NCBI GenBank assembly: GCA_046482545.1
Contig: JAWOEX010000039.1
Coordinates: forward strand, 96,001 to 160,000
Reading direction: 5' to 3'
DNA: 64,000 nt
Source: Candidatus Thorarchaeota archaeon
GTDB taxonomy: Archaea; Asgardarchaeota; Thorarchaeia; Thorarchaeales; Thorarchaeaceae
Of the stretch, positions 1-10,295 are shown one piece after another. Under the pieces are notes generated by a model that did not search any database, was not told where the DNA came from, and worked only from the letters and a program-made list of their open reading frames with translations. Numbering within the stretch: the stretch's first letter is position 1; each line of letters starts with the position of its first letter. Position numbers and translations under genes: made by a program.

Positions 1-240
1 TTTGACCTCTGCTTCACCAGTAACAGACCTGTCGGTGAAACCTGTTTTGCCACCGTCCACTATAAGGAAGAGGTCAAGCTTCAGCTCCTCCCAGCGCTTG
101 CTGATGTCAATGGCGTTCTGTGAAAAGCGAATCTGTGAACCCGTAGACACAGTGCCCCTTGCTAGAATGCCTTCTGTTTTGTCTTCGGCATAATCAACAG
201 CAACATCAACATATTCCTTCAGTCGTTCTACATCTTCCAT
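1..240 (-). CDS. pmbA: TldE/PmbA family protein, 5' part (runs off window start)
   Basis: Manual translation from ATG 240-238: MEDVERLKEYVDVAV...SQIRFSQNAIDISKRW; IRFSQN is typical of the PmbA N-terminus; TAATG overlap with the tldD stop. Confidence 0.8.
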   Translation of the reverse strand, partial: MEDVERLKEYVDVAVDYAEDKTEGILARGTVSTGSQIRFSQNAIDISKRWEELKLDLFLIVDGGKTGFTDRSVTGEAEVK

Positions 241-1682
241 TAGGCAACACCTCCAAGTCGGATATCCCTGAATCGGACTTGCCCGCCTCCAGCATATACA
301 GGCACACCTTGCATGGGATCACCCTTACCGCATGTGGCGGGAAATTCTAAGCTGAACTGGTCAGAAACAGCATCTACCGAACTAAGTAGCCCAACACTGG
401 TAGTTTCTAGAACGGGACGTTTCACCATCGTATCGGTGAGTTCTCCCTCTCGTATGAGATACGCTTCAGAACCTTTGTACTTGCTCTGATAACGCCGGTC
501 GTCAATATTCCATTCAGCGAAACTACGCATGTATACACCTAGGTCGATGTCTTCTATAAGCTCATCAAATGAGTAGTCGCCAGGCTCAAAGAATGTGTTA
601 CTCATTCGGATGATTGGCTCACGGTTAAACCCAGAACATCGTGCGGCTCCATTTGAACCCATCCCGAATTTGACACCAAACTCTCTATTCAGAAGTGGCT
701 CATTCGCTATTCCATCTTTGATAAGTTCACGCTTGCGGGCCTCTACTCCCTCATCATCATAAAGATAGTAGCCGCCAGTTTTGGGAATTGTTGGGTCTTC
801 CGATACATTCACAACTTCAGAACCGACCCTAGATTGACCAATATTTAAGTCTCGCCAAAAGCTTTCACCTGCCTGTGCGCCTTCCCGCCCCATGATTCGA
901 TCCCCTTCGCTTGGATGACCTACATTCTCGTGGGCAATAATCCCGGCCACTTCAGGACCAACCACCATATCGATTTCTTGTTCCATAAGTTCGGGAATTT
1001 TCTTTGCTTCTTCTGCAGCCTTCTTGAGCCTATCCACTTTATCCTTCAAATCATCAATGAGATTTGCCTCCTGAATGCGTTCCCAGCCGCCACATTGCGT
1101 AAGATCGAAAAACTTCTGCTCAGTGCCTACCTTGGCCTTTGCTGTAAGTATGGTAAAAATAGTGATGAAACTCTTGAATGCAGTAATTTCACAGCCCTCG
1201 CTAGTCGCCAAGTACTTGTCATACTCAGTAGGCGACAAAATCAAAGTATATTTAGCCAATCCCTTCATCTGCTCGTTGAGCTCGTCACACACTTGCATGA
1301 TAGTGTCATTATCAACATCGGCGACTCGCTGGTCAACATCTACGCTCCATTTGGCTTTCGTATCTACTGGCTCGCCAAAATTAATAGGTTCCTTACGCTC
1401 TGCATTCTTTCCCATTTTGTAAGCGGCTTCAATAGCCTCTTTGGCTAGGTCCTCGTCCATTCGGTCAAAAGAGGCAAATCCCATTCCGCCATCCGCCAGA
1501 ATCCGAACACCGATTCCCTCTGAAGGTTGAAATCCCCCAGCCATCGGTTCTCCATTTCTATAAGCGAAACCTCGCGACCGCTGATTGATATAGCGAGCTT
1601 CAACATAACTGCAGCCCAGTTCAGTGCCGTAATCTACACAGAACTCAGCCATATCCTTTCCATTCTTCAAGGTGATTTCCAC
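240..1682 (-). CDS. tldD: TldD family metalloprotease
   Basis: HENVGHPSEGD zinc motif, DDEG, RMSNTFFEPG, CGKGDPMQ. Confidence 0.93.
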   Translation of the reverse strand: MEITLKNGKDMAEFCVDYGTELGCSYVEARYINQRSRGFAYRNGEPMAGGFQPSEGIGVRILADGGMGFASFDRMDEDLAKEAIEAAYKMGKNAERKEPINFGEPVDTKAKWSVDVDQRVADVDNDTIMQVCDELNEQMKGLAKYTLILSPTEYDKYLATSEGCEITAFKSFITIFTILTAKAKVGTEQKFFDLTQCGGWERIQEANLIDDLKDKVDRLKKAAEEAKKIPELMEQEIDMVVGPEVAGIIAHENVGHPSEGDRIMGREGAQAGESFWRDLNIGQSRVGSEVVNVSEDPTIPKTGGYYLYDDEGVEARKRELIKDGIANEPLLNREFGVKFGMGSNGAARCSGFNREPIIRMSNTFFEPGDYSFDELIEDIDLGVYMRSFAEWNIDDRRYQSKYKGSEAYLIREGELTDTMVKRPVLETTSVGLLSSVDAVSDQFSLEFPATCGKGDPMQGVPVYAGGGQVRFRDIRLGGVA

Positions 1683-1972
1683 ACAGCTTCAAGCAGGGTC
1701 ACAGAAAATAAAGACTCCGCATAACGCCACTCCTGCCGTACATGCAATGCGCTTTTCACTTGCTGAGTGTTGAAATGCCAGATTTCAGCATAGGGAGCTT
1801 TTGATGTGGATTCTCCTACTAGAATTCGGGTATCTTGTATTTCTTATTTTAATGGGAACTGCCAAAGAGCGCAACCTTAAAGGCCCAGCAGACTTCTAGC
1901 AAGTTCAAATACGTATCATACTACAGTCTTGAGTACGAACAGTTCAATCTCTATTGTTCCGAGTGGTTTACA

Positions 1973-3313
1973 GTGGAAGAAAAGGAAAACGCGTCAAAGA
2001 TTCGTACACGAAAGAACATAGCAATTGGCATGTTTATGATTGTTGATCTCGTTCAAATCATATTTGTTTCAATTCTCACATTCGATGAACAATCTCCCCT
2101 TGTGATTGGACTTGACTATACTCGTTCAAATCCATATAGCTCCTTATCGGTATTCACCGCCATTTGCTTAGCCCAAATTGTGCTGCTCTACTTGTTTACA
2201 GCCAGTATCACCAATAAAAAAGAAATCATCCAGCTCTATCCGAAGGGGGACAAAAAGCGACAATTGGCTTGTAACTATACTCGTAGAGAGATTGTCGAAT
2301 GGACCCAAGAATTGGCTCAGAAAGGCGCCCTAAAGGTTGATAGGATATTTTTGATGCAATCGCCCATGCCAAATGCATTTACGTTCAGTTTGCCTCTTAT
2401 TGGCAACACAATTATCCTCCATAGTAATACTCTTGACTTCTTGTTACCAAGCGAAGTCAAATCCATCATCGGTCATGAATTAGGTCATATCAAAAACAAT
2501 GACTCGCTAGTTAACATCCTAACCCATATGCCGGGATTTTTTGTGCAACTCATCTATCTCTATGTGTACCTCCGCATAGGCCTAGGAGCAGCTACATCGT
2601 TCATAGTAGATTTCAACCCGTTATTTGGAATCCTGAGAATTACAGTTCTTGCCGGTTTCTTTCTTCTATCGAGATTCATGGTAAACGTGAGCAATCTTTT
2701 CACTCAAAAAGCGTCAAGAGATGCAGAGCTTTTGGCGGATTTCTATTCTGCAGAGTTAACAGGACTCAATCAAACAATGAATGCTCTTGTTCGGCTGGGA
2801 CAAAGAGTAGAGGCAATCACCATATTCGTTGAGGAGCTCAAGTGGTTGGATTCTCTAAGTGATGAGAAGCGCTGTAAATTTACGGGAAACCAGCTGATGG
2901 ACATGGTTTTCTCATATCCATTGGATGAGATTGATGAAGCGAATGCCAGAGCAGAAGCGCCTAGGATTTACCTCACTAGGAAACTGCAGAATCTCAGGAA
3001 AAACTACAACTTGAAGATCTCAGATGAGGAAATAGAAGCAGCTGTTGACCCCGCGGTAGAATCCCTTAACATGGAAAGGGAGACGAAAGAGAAACTAGAG
3101 AATCTTAAAGAGAAGACTGTGGACTGGAGGGATGTGGACTACGACCGGAATGAGCGACTTGATGACGAGGAGCTGGTTGATTTAGTGAACCTGCTTCGGA
3201 CGAACTCGAATAAGCTCATGTTCACAAACGAAGTCGGAGCAAAGCTTCTCATGATTGACCATCCAGATTTCAGAGGGCGAATTTTGATGCTTGCAAATCA
3301 TTTTGACCTATGA
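1973..3313 (+). CDS. M48/HtpX-like membrane zinc metalloprotease with C-terminal insertion
   Basis: PNAF, HELGH, SRDAELLAD and terminal HPDFRGRI motifs; several TM segments. Confidence 0.85.
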   Translation: MEEKENASKIRTRKNIAIGMFMIVDLVQIIFVSILTFDEQSPLVIGLDYTRSNPYSSLSVFTAICLAQIVLLYLFTASITNKKEIIQLYPKGDKKRQLACNYTRREIVEWTQELAQKGALKVDRIFLMQSPMPNAFTFSLPLIGNTIILHSNTLDFLLPSEVKSIIGHELGHIKNNDSLVNILTHMPGFFVQLIYLYVYLRIGLGAATSFIVDFNPLFGILRITVLAGFFLLSRFMVNVSNLFTQKASRDAELLADFYSAELTGLNQTMNALVRLGQRVEAITIFVEELKWLDSLSDEKRCKFTGNQLMDMVFSYPLDEIDEANARAEAPRIYLTRKLQNLRKNYNLKISDEEIEAAVDPAVESLNMERETKEKLENLKEKTVDWRDVDYDRNERLDDEELVDLVNLLRTNSNKLMFTNEVGAKLLMIDHPDFRGRILMLANHFDL

Positions 3314-3708
3314 TACCGGTAATCAGTAATGTGTTCGCTATTGATTGGAGTGAGATCGCTTCGAAAAAAGTCATCTCATCAATTTCGTGAATGCTTCAAG
3401 CTCATCACACGGGGCAACGATTCGCGGAGTAACTTCATTGATGATTCATTTAGTATCATTTCGAACTTCCTGCTTATCTTCGGAAAAGTTGTCGAATATC
3501 GAGGTTCCGTCATAATCCACAAGAAGCTAGGTGTAGGCAATAGGTTCCATTTTCTTATTGTTCTTAGCGACAAGAAGGCTAACTTGGAACACCATTTCTA
3601 AGGAATCGATAAGCAGAGACAAATATTAGATATGCTATCCACAAAGGCTGAAGAGATAGATATGAAAAGCATTACTTGTACCTATATTGAATGGAGGTTC
3701 TTTAAAGA

Positions 3709-4545
3709 ATGAAATGGCCGGCTAAAAAGAAGTGTGCTGTTTGTCTTACTTTTGACCTTGACGCAGAGATTTCTTGGCGCAACATTCTCAGACGCCATGG
3801 AATAGATAGAGATAATCCCGTAGTGCTTTCTCAAGGGACATATGGTCCGGAGGCAGGGGTTCCCAGAATCTTAAGAATGCTAGAGAAAAACAATATCAAA
3901 GCAGGTTTCTTCGTCCCCGGCGAAGTTGCTGAACGCCATCCTCAGACTGTTATTGATATTCATAATTCCGGGCATGAGATAGGACACCACGGATATTCCC
4001 ATACGAACCCGGCAAGCTGTTCACTCGAGGAGGAGATGGAAGAATTCGAACTGGGATTCACTATACTTGCAGAGATAATCAGTGACCGACCACAGGGTTA
4101 TCGTGCGCCCGCAGCTGATATGAGTGAGAACACCCTTAGTCTTCTTGCAGATAACAACCTGATTTATGATAGTACAATGATGGGACAAGATTTGCCGTAC
4201 ATCATCGAAGTTGATGATCGACGGATTGTTGAATTACCAATTCGCTGGCTTCTTGATGACTGGGTACATTTTGGTTTCAACTACTTCCCACCGCTAGAAT
4301 ATCAGAGTGGAGTTAGCAGTTCAAGAAGGGTATTCGAAATGTGGCTTGACGAATTCGAAGCCGTATACGATGAAGGGCTCTATTACATGCTCGTTATGCA
4401 CCCACAAATAATGGGTGTTCCCTCAAGAACGGCTATGCTTGACAAACTCATAACTGAGATGAAATGCAAAGGCGATGTTTGGTTCGCTACTCCACTGGAA
4501 ATCACAGAACATTGCCTACAAACGTTGGAGGTGGAAGCCAAATGA
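3709..4545 (+). CDS. Polysaccharide deacetylase (CE4, PuuE/HpPgdA-like)
   Basis: TFDLD, HEIGHHGYSH, GYRAP, YDST, MHPQ motifs. Confidence 0.9.
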   Translation: MKWPAKKKCAVCLTFDLDAEISWRNILRRHGIDRDNPVVLSQGTYGPEAGVPRILRMLEKNNIKAGFFVPGEVAERHPQTVIDIHNSGHEIGHHGYSHTNPASCSLEEEMEEFELGFTILAEIISDRPQGYRAPAADMSENTLSLLADNNLIYDSTMMGQDLPYIIEVDDRRIVELPIRWLLDDWVHFGFNYFPPLEYQSGVSSSRRVFEMWLDEFEAVYDEGLYYMLVMHPQIMGVPSRTAMLDKLITEMKCKGDVWFATPLEITEHCLQTLEVEAK

Positions 4546-5297
4546 GATTTGAGGGGAAGACCTCAATTGTCACTGGTGCAAGTAGGGGAATCGGACGGGA
4601 AACATCTTTGCGATTTGGCAAGGAGGCGGCAACAGTAGTCTGTGCTGATATTGATGAGGCAGCAGGAAGAGAAGTAGCGGATCAAATTACTCAAGATGGT
4701 GGCAATGCAGTTTTCGTAAAGGCAGATGTTTCTCAGAAATCAGATGTTGTGCAGCTTGTTAAGAGAGCGATGGAACTGGGCTCTCCAGATATACTATTCA
4801 ACAATGCAGGGATTGAGGTTGTAAAGCCCCTGCAGGATACCACAGAAGACGAATGGGATAGAACAATGAGAGTGAATTTGAAGTCAGTTTATCTCTGCTG
4901 CAAATACGTTATTCCGAAAATGATTGAAGCAGAGGGTGGTGCGATAGTCAATACTTCATCAGCTGCAGGACTAGTTGGCTCTTTTTCCTCGGCTTACTCT
5001 GCCACGAAAGGAGGCATCATTGCATTAACAAAATCAATGGCTGTAGAACTCGCTAGGTATGGCATCCGTGTCAACTGTATTTGCCCTGGAGCTATTGAAA
5101 CTTCAATGCTTGAAAGAGTCATGAATAAACAAGGAGACTACGAGAAGATTCGTGAGAAAAGGTTGAAAAATTATCCTTTGGGAAGATTCGGAAAACCACG
5201 AGAAGTTGCTGATGCAGTTCTGTTTCTTGCATCTGATGAGGCTTCATTCATCACTGGCTCTGTCTTGACAGTAGACGGCGGATTCACTGCTCACTAG
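4542..5297 (+). CDS. SDR family NAD(P)-dependent oxidoreductase
   Basis: TGASRGIG, NNAG, YSATK; start moved to ATG 4542 (ATGA overlap with upstream stop). Confidence 0.92.
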   Translation: MRFEGKTSIVTGASRGIGRETSLRFGKEAATVVCADIDEAAGREVADQITQDGGNAVFVKADVSQKSDVVQLVKRAMELGSPDILFNNAGIEVVKPLQDTTEDEWDRTMRVNLKSVYLCCKYVIPKMIEAEGGAIVNTSSAAGLVGSFSSAYSATKGGIIALTKSMAVELARYGIRVNCICPGAIETSMLERVMNKQGDYEKIREKRLKNYPLGRFGKPREVADAVLFLASDEASFITGSVLTVDGGFTAH

Positions 5298-5367
5298 AAG
5301 GCGTACCAATTCTGCAGATTCGAATCCGAACCGGTGCTGAGCGATACTAGGAGCAGGCGAGCAGAGT

Positions 5368-6675
5368 CTACGAGGAAACTTGCCCACACCATTCAAGAGT
5401 AGTAGCGGCAACAGCCTTTGCCGTATCAATGAGGGAATCAATGTGGACTACTTCGTCAAACGAATGAATCCTTTCAGCCCTTGGACCACAAGTCACGGCT
5501 GGTATGCCGTGGTGAACAAAGTGCCGGGTGTCTAGCCCGGCAGAACCCCCATATAACACCGGCTTAGAACCCGTGACTGACTCCACTTCGTTCTTGATGA
5601 CTTCAAGAAACGAATCTGACAGATCTATTTCATGAGGACGGGCCCACCAACCGAACCATTCAACGGTGGGTGGATTCTTTTTCAGCCATTCGTCTTGTTG
5701 GGCGGCATTCTGAATCGCGTTTTCAACCTGTTCCATGACTTCTCCTCTTGTTTCACCTGGAGGCCAACCAATACGGTATTCAAGAACACAGTTGCCCGGT
5801 ACAGTAGATGGCCAATCGCCTGCAGAAATAACTCCCAGATTGATGGTTGTTGCATGATCTTTCATTTTGGGATCGACTTCAGCAAATGAATAGTGAATTG
5901 TTCTCTGGCGTTCTTGATTGAGTTGGGCTAAAGCCTGAATTACATGAATAGCCTTCTCAGCAGCATTAACACCGTAATGGGCTGTGGCTGCATGAGCTGG
6001 TCTCCCGGGAACAGTCACTCTGAAGTACATCACACCAGCACTGGCAACCGAGATGGACAAGTCGGTTGGTTCGGGAATAATTGCCGCGTCAGTTGGTGGT
6101 CGTACCATTCTGAGATAGAGAACTCCACCAATACCACCGTCTTCTTCTTCAATAGTGGTTTCAATCTGTACATCTCCCGCCAGCTTCACATCGCACTTCT
6201 GAAGAGCTTTTAGCGCATGAATCATAGCTGCTACACCACCTTTCATGTCACCCGATCCGCGTCCGTAGACTCCGCCATCATCAACCTCACCAGACCAAGG
6301 ATCACGGGACCATTTCTCTAGAGGTTCTACTGGAACTACATCGATATGACCACTCAGGCACATCGATTTTCCTTCGCCCGTACCTTCCCAAACGCCAACA
6401 ACATTTGGTCTATCCTCGTATTCATACTCTTTGAAAGAAGTGGTCTCGAAGTAGTCTTCATGCTCACGCAAATCCTCGATATCGGGATAGACCATCTCGG
6501 GGAAGAGGCCCATTTGCTCAAATTCCTGCTGAACCCGCACCTGAACATCATACTCTTTACCAGATACACTAGGAATCCGAACAAGGTCCTGTAGCAGGTT
6601 TACTAGGTCTGCTTCATTCTCATCTATCCAATCGAATACTTTCTGCTTGGTTGTTCCGTCATTCTCTTCGTTCAT
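5368..6675 (-). CDS. ArgE/DapE family M20 deacylase
   Basis: GHIDVVP, GRGSGDMKGG, EEE, HSFDE motifs. Confidence 0.9.
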   Translation of the reverse strand: MNEENDGTTKQKVFDWIDENEADLVNLLQDLVRIPSVSGKEYDVQVRVQQEFEQMGLFPEMVYPDIEDLREHEDYFETTSFKEYEYEDRPNVVGVWEGTGEGKSMCLSGHIDVVPVEPLEKWSRDPWSGEVDDGGVYGRGSGDMKGGVAAMIHALKALQKCDVKLAGDVQIETTIEEEDGGIGGVLYLRMVRPPTDAAIIPEPTDLSISVASAGVMYFRVTVPGRPAHAATAHYGVNAAEKAIHVIQALAQLNQERQRTIHYSFAEVDPKMKDHATTINLGVISAGDWPSTVPGNCVLEYRIGWPPGETRGEVMEQVENAIQNAAQQDEWLKKNPPTVEWFGWWARPHEIDLSDSFLEVIKNEVESVTGSKPVLYGGSAGLDTRHFVHHGIPAVTCGPRAERIHSFDEVVHIDSLIDTAKAVAATTLEWCGQVSS

Positions 6676-6724
6676 TTCTATTCACTGTTCCTTTCGCCAA
6701 AATCCTAATGCCGAATTTCCGTCG

Positions 6725-8341
6725 TCATTCAGCATCATTTGGTTGATACACTATGTTACCGTCAATTATCGTCATCACTACTTCAGTATCAATTATCTCG
6801 TCTGAAGGAATTGTCAGAATATCCTGTGAGAGTATAACTATATCTGCCAACTTATCAGGTTCGATTGAGCCAAGCCGATTTTCATCGAATTGTTGGTACG
6901 CCGAATTGGTGGTATAGAGTTTCAAAGCATCAAAAACTGGAATGCGTTGACTCGGCCCAATTGGTTGACCATTTTTCGTAATGCGATTCACAAGCGCATG
7001 AATCGCCATGAAGGGATTGAATGGTGCACATGGATGATCAGAATGCGCTGCAACTCTTATGTCTGCATCTAGGAACGAACGACCGCCGAACATCCATTCG
7101 AGGCGTTCCTCCCCGAATGCCGGTATCAGCTTGTCTCCATGATAATAGGCATATGGTCCAAATATCGTTGGTAAAACACCCAGTTTCTTGATTCTTTCTA
7201 CGATTTCGGGATTAATGACGGTGCAATGAATGTCCCTGTTCCTCGGGTCATCTTGCGGGTATTTCGCCTGAAGCCATTCCATGATATCAAGGTAAAGATC
7301 TATGGCTCGGTCACCATTGGCGTGAGCAGAAATACGATACCCCTGTGAATAAGCATCTTCAAGGGCTTCTCTTGCCTCCTCTTCAGTGGTTGCAAACACG
7401 CCATAGAAGTCAGGTCGGTTCAGATAGGCTTCTGATACAGCTGCAGTCCTAGCTGAGATAGCTCCATCGAAGAAGAATTTGATACCACATATCCTTAACC
7501 AATTGTCTCCCAAACCTCGGTGTATTCCAAGTTTCTTCAGTTCTTCTATGAGATCGATGGTCACATCCATTCTGACCCTGATTGGCAGTTCTGCGTGGTT
7601 CTTGAGATCAATTACAGCACGTATCTCATTTCTATCAACAGTATCGTAAACACACGTAAGGCCTACTGCCGCGCACTCCTTGAGAATCTCCTTTGCGCCG
7701 TCATACGCCTGTTGGCGTGTGGGCTCAGGCGGCCCTTGGGGTCGCAATATGTCATATGCCTTCTCATGGATGCCCCCTGTGATTTCGCCAGTCTCAGGAT
7801 CTCTGTCAAACTTCCCTCCAACAGGGTCAGGAGTATCCTTGGTCACACCCGCGTTCTCAAACGCCTTTGAATTAGCAATCCAAAAGTGGCCACCGACTGT
7901 TGTTACAAGAATAGGATGGTCTTCAGAGACAGCATCCAGCTCCCATCTTGTCGGATGCCGTCTCTCCACAAGTTTCGAATCATCCTCTTGATATCCAAAA
8001 ACCCATTCTCCATTCGGAGTGTTCTCTGCTTCTTTTTTCAGTTTCTTCTGAATGTGGGCAATGGAATGGATTCCGGCTTCCTCACTCAGGTCAACAAAGA
8101 TTTGGCGTGCTGAACCAGTGTTCATGAAATGACTGTGCGAATCTATCAGCCCAGGAATTGCTGTTTTCCCGTCTAAATCAATTACCCTCGTATCTGGCCC
8201 TATGAGAGGGTGGACCTCTTTCTCATTGCCCACAGCAACAATCCTTTCGAATTTGATGGCAACACAGTGAGAAATAGTATCGTCACTGTCCATGGTTACT
8301 ATCTTTCCGTTCTTCAGTACCAAATCAGCAAAAAGTGACAT
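6725..8341 (-). CDS. Amidohydrolase 3 (YtcJ-like) metal-dependent amidohydrolase
   Basis: PGLIDSHSH, KFFFDG, HANGD, HSDHP, GSIEPDKLAD; start moved to MSLFAD at 8341 to remove overlap. Confidence 0.9.
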   Translation of the reverse strand: MSLFADLVLKNGKIVTMDSDDTISHCVAIKFERIVAVGNEKEVHPLIGPDTRVIDLDGKTAIPGLIDSHSHFMNTGSARQIFVDLSEEAGIHSIAHIQKKLKKEAENTPNGEWVFGYQEDDSKLVERRHPTRWELDAVSEDHPILVTTVGGHFWIANSKAFENAGVTKDTPDPVGGKFDRDPETGEITGGIHEKAYDILRPQGPPEPTRQQAYDGAKEILKECAAVGLTCVYDTVDRNEIRAVIDLKNHAELPIRVRMDVTIDLIEELKKLGIHRGLGDNWLRICGIKFFFDGAISARTAAVSEAYLNRPDFYGVFATTEEEAREALEDAYSQGYRISAHANGDRAIDLYLDIMEWLQAKYPQDDPRNRDIHCTVINPEIVERIKKLGVLPTIFGPYAYYHGDKLIPAFGEERLEWMFGGRSFLDADIRVAAHSDHPCAPFNPFMAIHALVNRITKNGQPIGPSQRIPVFDALKLYTTNSAYQQFDENRLGSIEPDKLADIVILSQDILTIPSDEIIDTEVVMTIIDGNIVYQPNDAE

Positions 8342-8360
8342 TTCAATCAGGTTCTCCACA

Positions 8361-9362
8361 TTAGAATGAATACTCCTTGAATTCGCTACTATAGGAAAAT
8401 CCGTGAGCAATTTGTAAGGAGTTCTTACCAGATTCATATGTCCATGACCATATGGTTGAGAACGGTACGTCGTTTCTCGTAAAGTCTTGATATACTCCTT
8501 TTTTCTCATCGAAGCGTCCTTTCAGTATCTTCTGAGCTTCCTCGATAGCTATCGTTTCTTCCCGTCCGCGGAACCATTCATCGATTAACTTGAGACGGGG
8601 AACACTGGACTCAGGGATGCGTGATTCATCTTCATACGCCTGCATTTCATCACTGAGGAAATGATTCGTAGTTATTGCGATTCCATTATCAGCTTCATTG
8701 ACCTCAACCCGTTTCGGACTTGCTTGAATCAGCGCTATCGATCCTGAGCTATCTGCGACGAGATAGTTGTTTCCTCGAACATGAGGAATTCTTTCCAAGA
8801 AATCGACTGCCTCCGCTACATCCTTACAATTATCCAACACCCATCGCGTGGCAAGGTGTAGCATGACTCCAGGGTGGTCCTCCGTGCAACCAGGTATTGC
8901 TGTAAGTCCTATGGCTAGGCCGGCTTCGTTGATGCCCCCGTACCTGCCAACGAGCAAGTCTGTACAGCTTAGACTGGATAGGCCATCCGTAGGATATGCT
9001 CTGAAAATTGTAGAAAATTCTTGAAATTTTGTTTCCCAATCATAATTTCGTGCAAAGATGACGTTTCCATTCTCTGTGTAATCGCCAGACACTGCAAAAA
9101 TGCTACAGCTGTAATCAGGGTACGGAAGCAGTGATACCTCGAAAGCCTTCAGACTTGTATTTTCATAACCTCCAGCTTTAACCATTGCGTCGATTTCTTC
9201 AAGCAATGAAGGTGTGTATTTTCTCAGTGCTTTCTCACAACCCATAGCTAATTCATGACGGCTCTTGGGTACTGGAGGTGGCGAATACCCTGTCTTCTTC
9301 ATCATCTTGCCAAGCGAAGACCCCATCTGTATTGGGGTGCCTTTTAGAGTAATTTCATTCAT
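8361..9362 (-). CDS. C45 family autoproteolytic Ntn-hydrolase/acyltransferase
   Basis: CSIFAV nucleophile, ARNYDW, GINEAGL, TNHF. Confidence 0.88.
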   Translation of the reverse strand: MNEITLKGTPIQMGSSLGKMMKKTGYSPPPVPKSRHELAMGCEKALRKYTPSLLEEIDAMVKAGGYENTSLKAFEVSLLPYPDYSCSIFAVSGDYTENGNVIFARNYDWETKFQEFSTIFRAYPTDGLSSLSCTDLLVGRYGGINEAGLAIGLTAIPGCTEDHPGVMLHLATRWVLDNCKDVAEAVDFLERIPHVRGNNYLVADSSGSIALIQASPKRVEVNEADNGIAITTNHFLSDEMQAYEDESRIPESSVPRLKLIDEWFRGREETIAIEEAQKILKGRFDEKKGVYQDFTRNDVPFSTIWSWTYESGKNSLQIAHGFSYSSEFKEYSF

Positions 9363-9398
9363 ATTCAATTCAATCCCTAAAGTCAAATATTTCTATAC

Positions 9399-10286
9399 TT
9401 ACTCATCCCACTTTCTGATGCTTTCCTGTAATTTCAAATCCCCCAGTTTCTTGAATATCTCTCCTTCTTGTAATCTTTCATAGGGTGGAAACCTACCATT
9501 AATTGGAGAATCCCTAAGACTCTTCCACACAGGATTCATACCGATATATCCATGCTGTCTGACCCAGCTCACTTTCTCAAAATCAATAACGTGTGTTATG
9601 ATCGCCTCATGGGTGCCTGTCCGTTCTAGTATCCGCCCCTCTGAATCAACCCAGATTGACTCCCCTCCCCCTTGCGGAGAGATTGCATTCACATTCAAAA
9701 CATAGCATTGATTCATAATTGCTTGTGCCTGAGCAAGTATGAGCTCTGCCTGTCTATCAGATGTATAGGTAAGCGATGGCTGGAGAATAAGCTCAGCTCC
9801 CTTCCAAGCTAGCGTTCTGAACAACTCAGGAAACCATACATCATAGCAAATAACTATGCCAACCCGTCCGATGTCGGGAATGTCGAACGTAACAAAATCA
9901 GTTCCCCAACTCGTGTTCTCCTGAGGCATCCAAGGAAACATCTTCCGATATTTTGCCACAACATCCCCATTTGGACCGAATACAATAGCCGTGTTGAAAA
10001 TCTCATCTCCGTCTTTCTCAAGGAACGAGCCAGGTACTAACCAGCAGCCCAATTCTTTTGCAATCTCAGCTAGACCATCTGTTTGCTCGTTTGGTATTGG
10101 CTTTGCGAATTCCTTCCAATCTTTCCTGCCGTATTCTTGAAGATAGAGCTCCCCTGTGAAGATGAGATCAATCCAGGGGAATGAGGACTTGGTTTTCTTC
10201 GCTACTCGCTCAAACTTGTCTTTGTTGGCTTCACTATCTTGACTTCTCAGCAGCTGCAGCCCTGCTACACCCAGCTTCCGGCTCAT
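9399..10286 (-). CDS. Carbon-nitrogen hydrolase (nitrilase superfamily)
   Basis: E-K-C triad contexts FTGEL, YRKM, ICYDVWFPE. Confidence 0.9.
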   Translation of the reverse strand: MSRKLGVAGLQLLRSQDSEANKDKFERVAKKTKSSFPWIDLIFTGELYLQEYGRKDWKEFAKPIPNEQTDGLAEIAKELGCWLVPGSFLEKDGDEIFNTAIVFGPNGDVVAKYRKMFPWMPQENTSWGTDFVTFDIPDIGRVGIVICYDVWFPELFRTLAWKGAELILQPSLTYTSDRQAELILAQAQAIMNQCYVLNVNAISPQGGGESIWVDSEGRILERTGTHEAIITHVIDFEKVSWVRQHGYIGMNPVWKSLRDSPINGRFPPYERLQEGEIFKKLGDLKLQESIRKWDE

Positions 10287-10295
10287 GATTGACCC

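Noticed and set aside
3376-3595. Possible minus-strand remnant (MVFQVSLL...T*LLVDYDGT...) with a HAD-like DxDGT
   Set aside because: Short, with several stops and only a five-residue motif; insufficient support.
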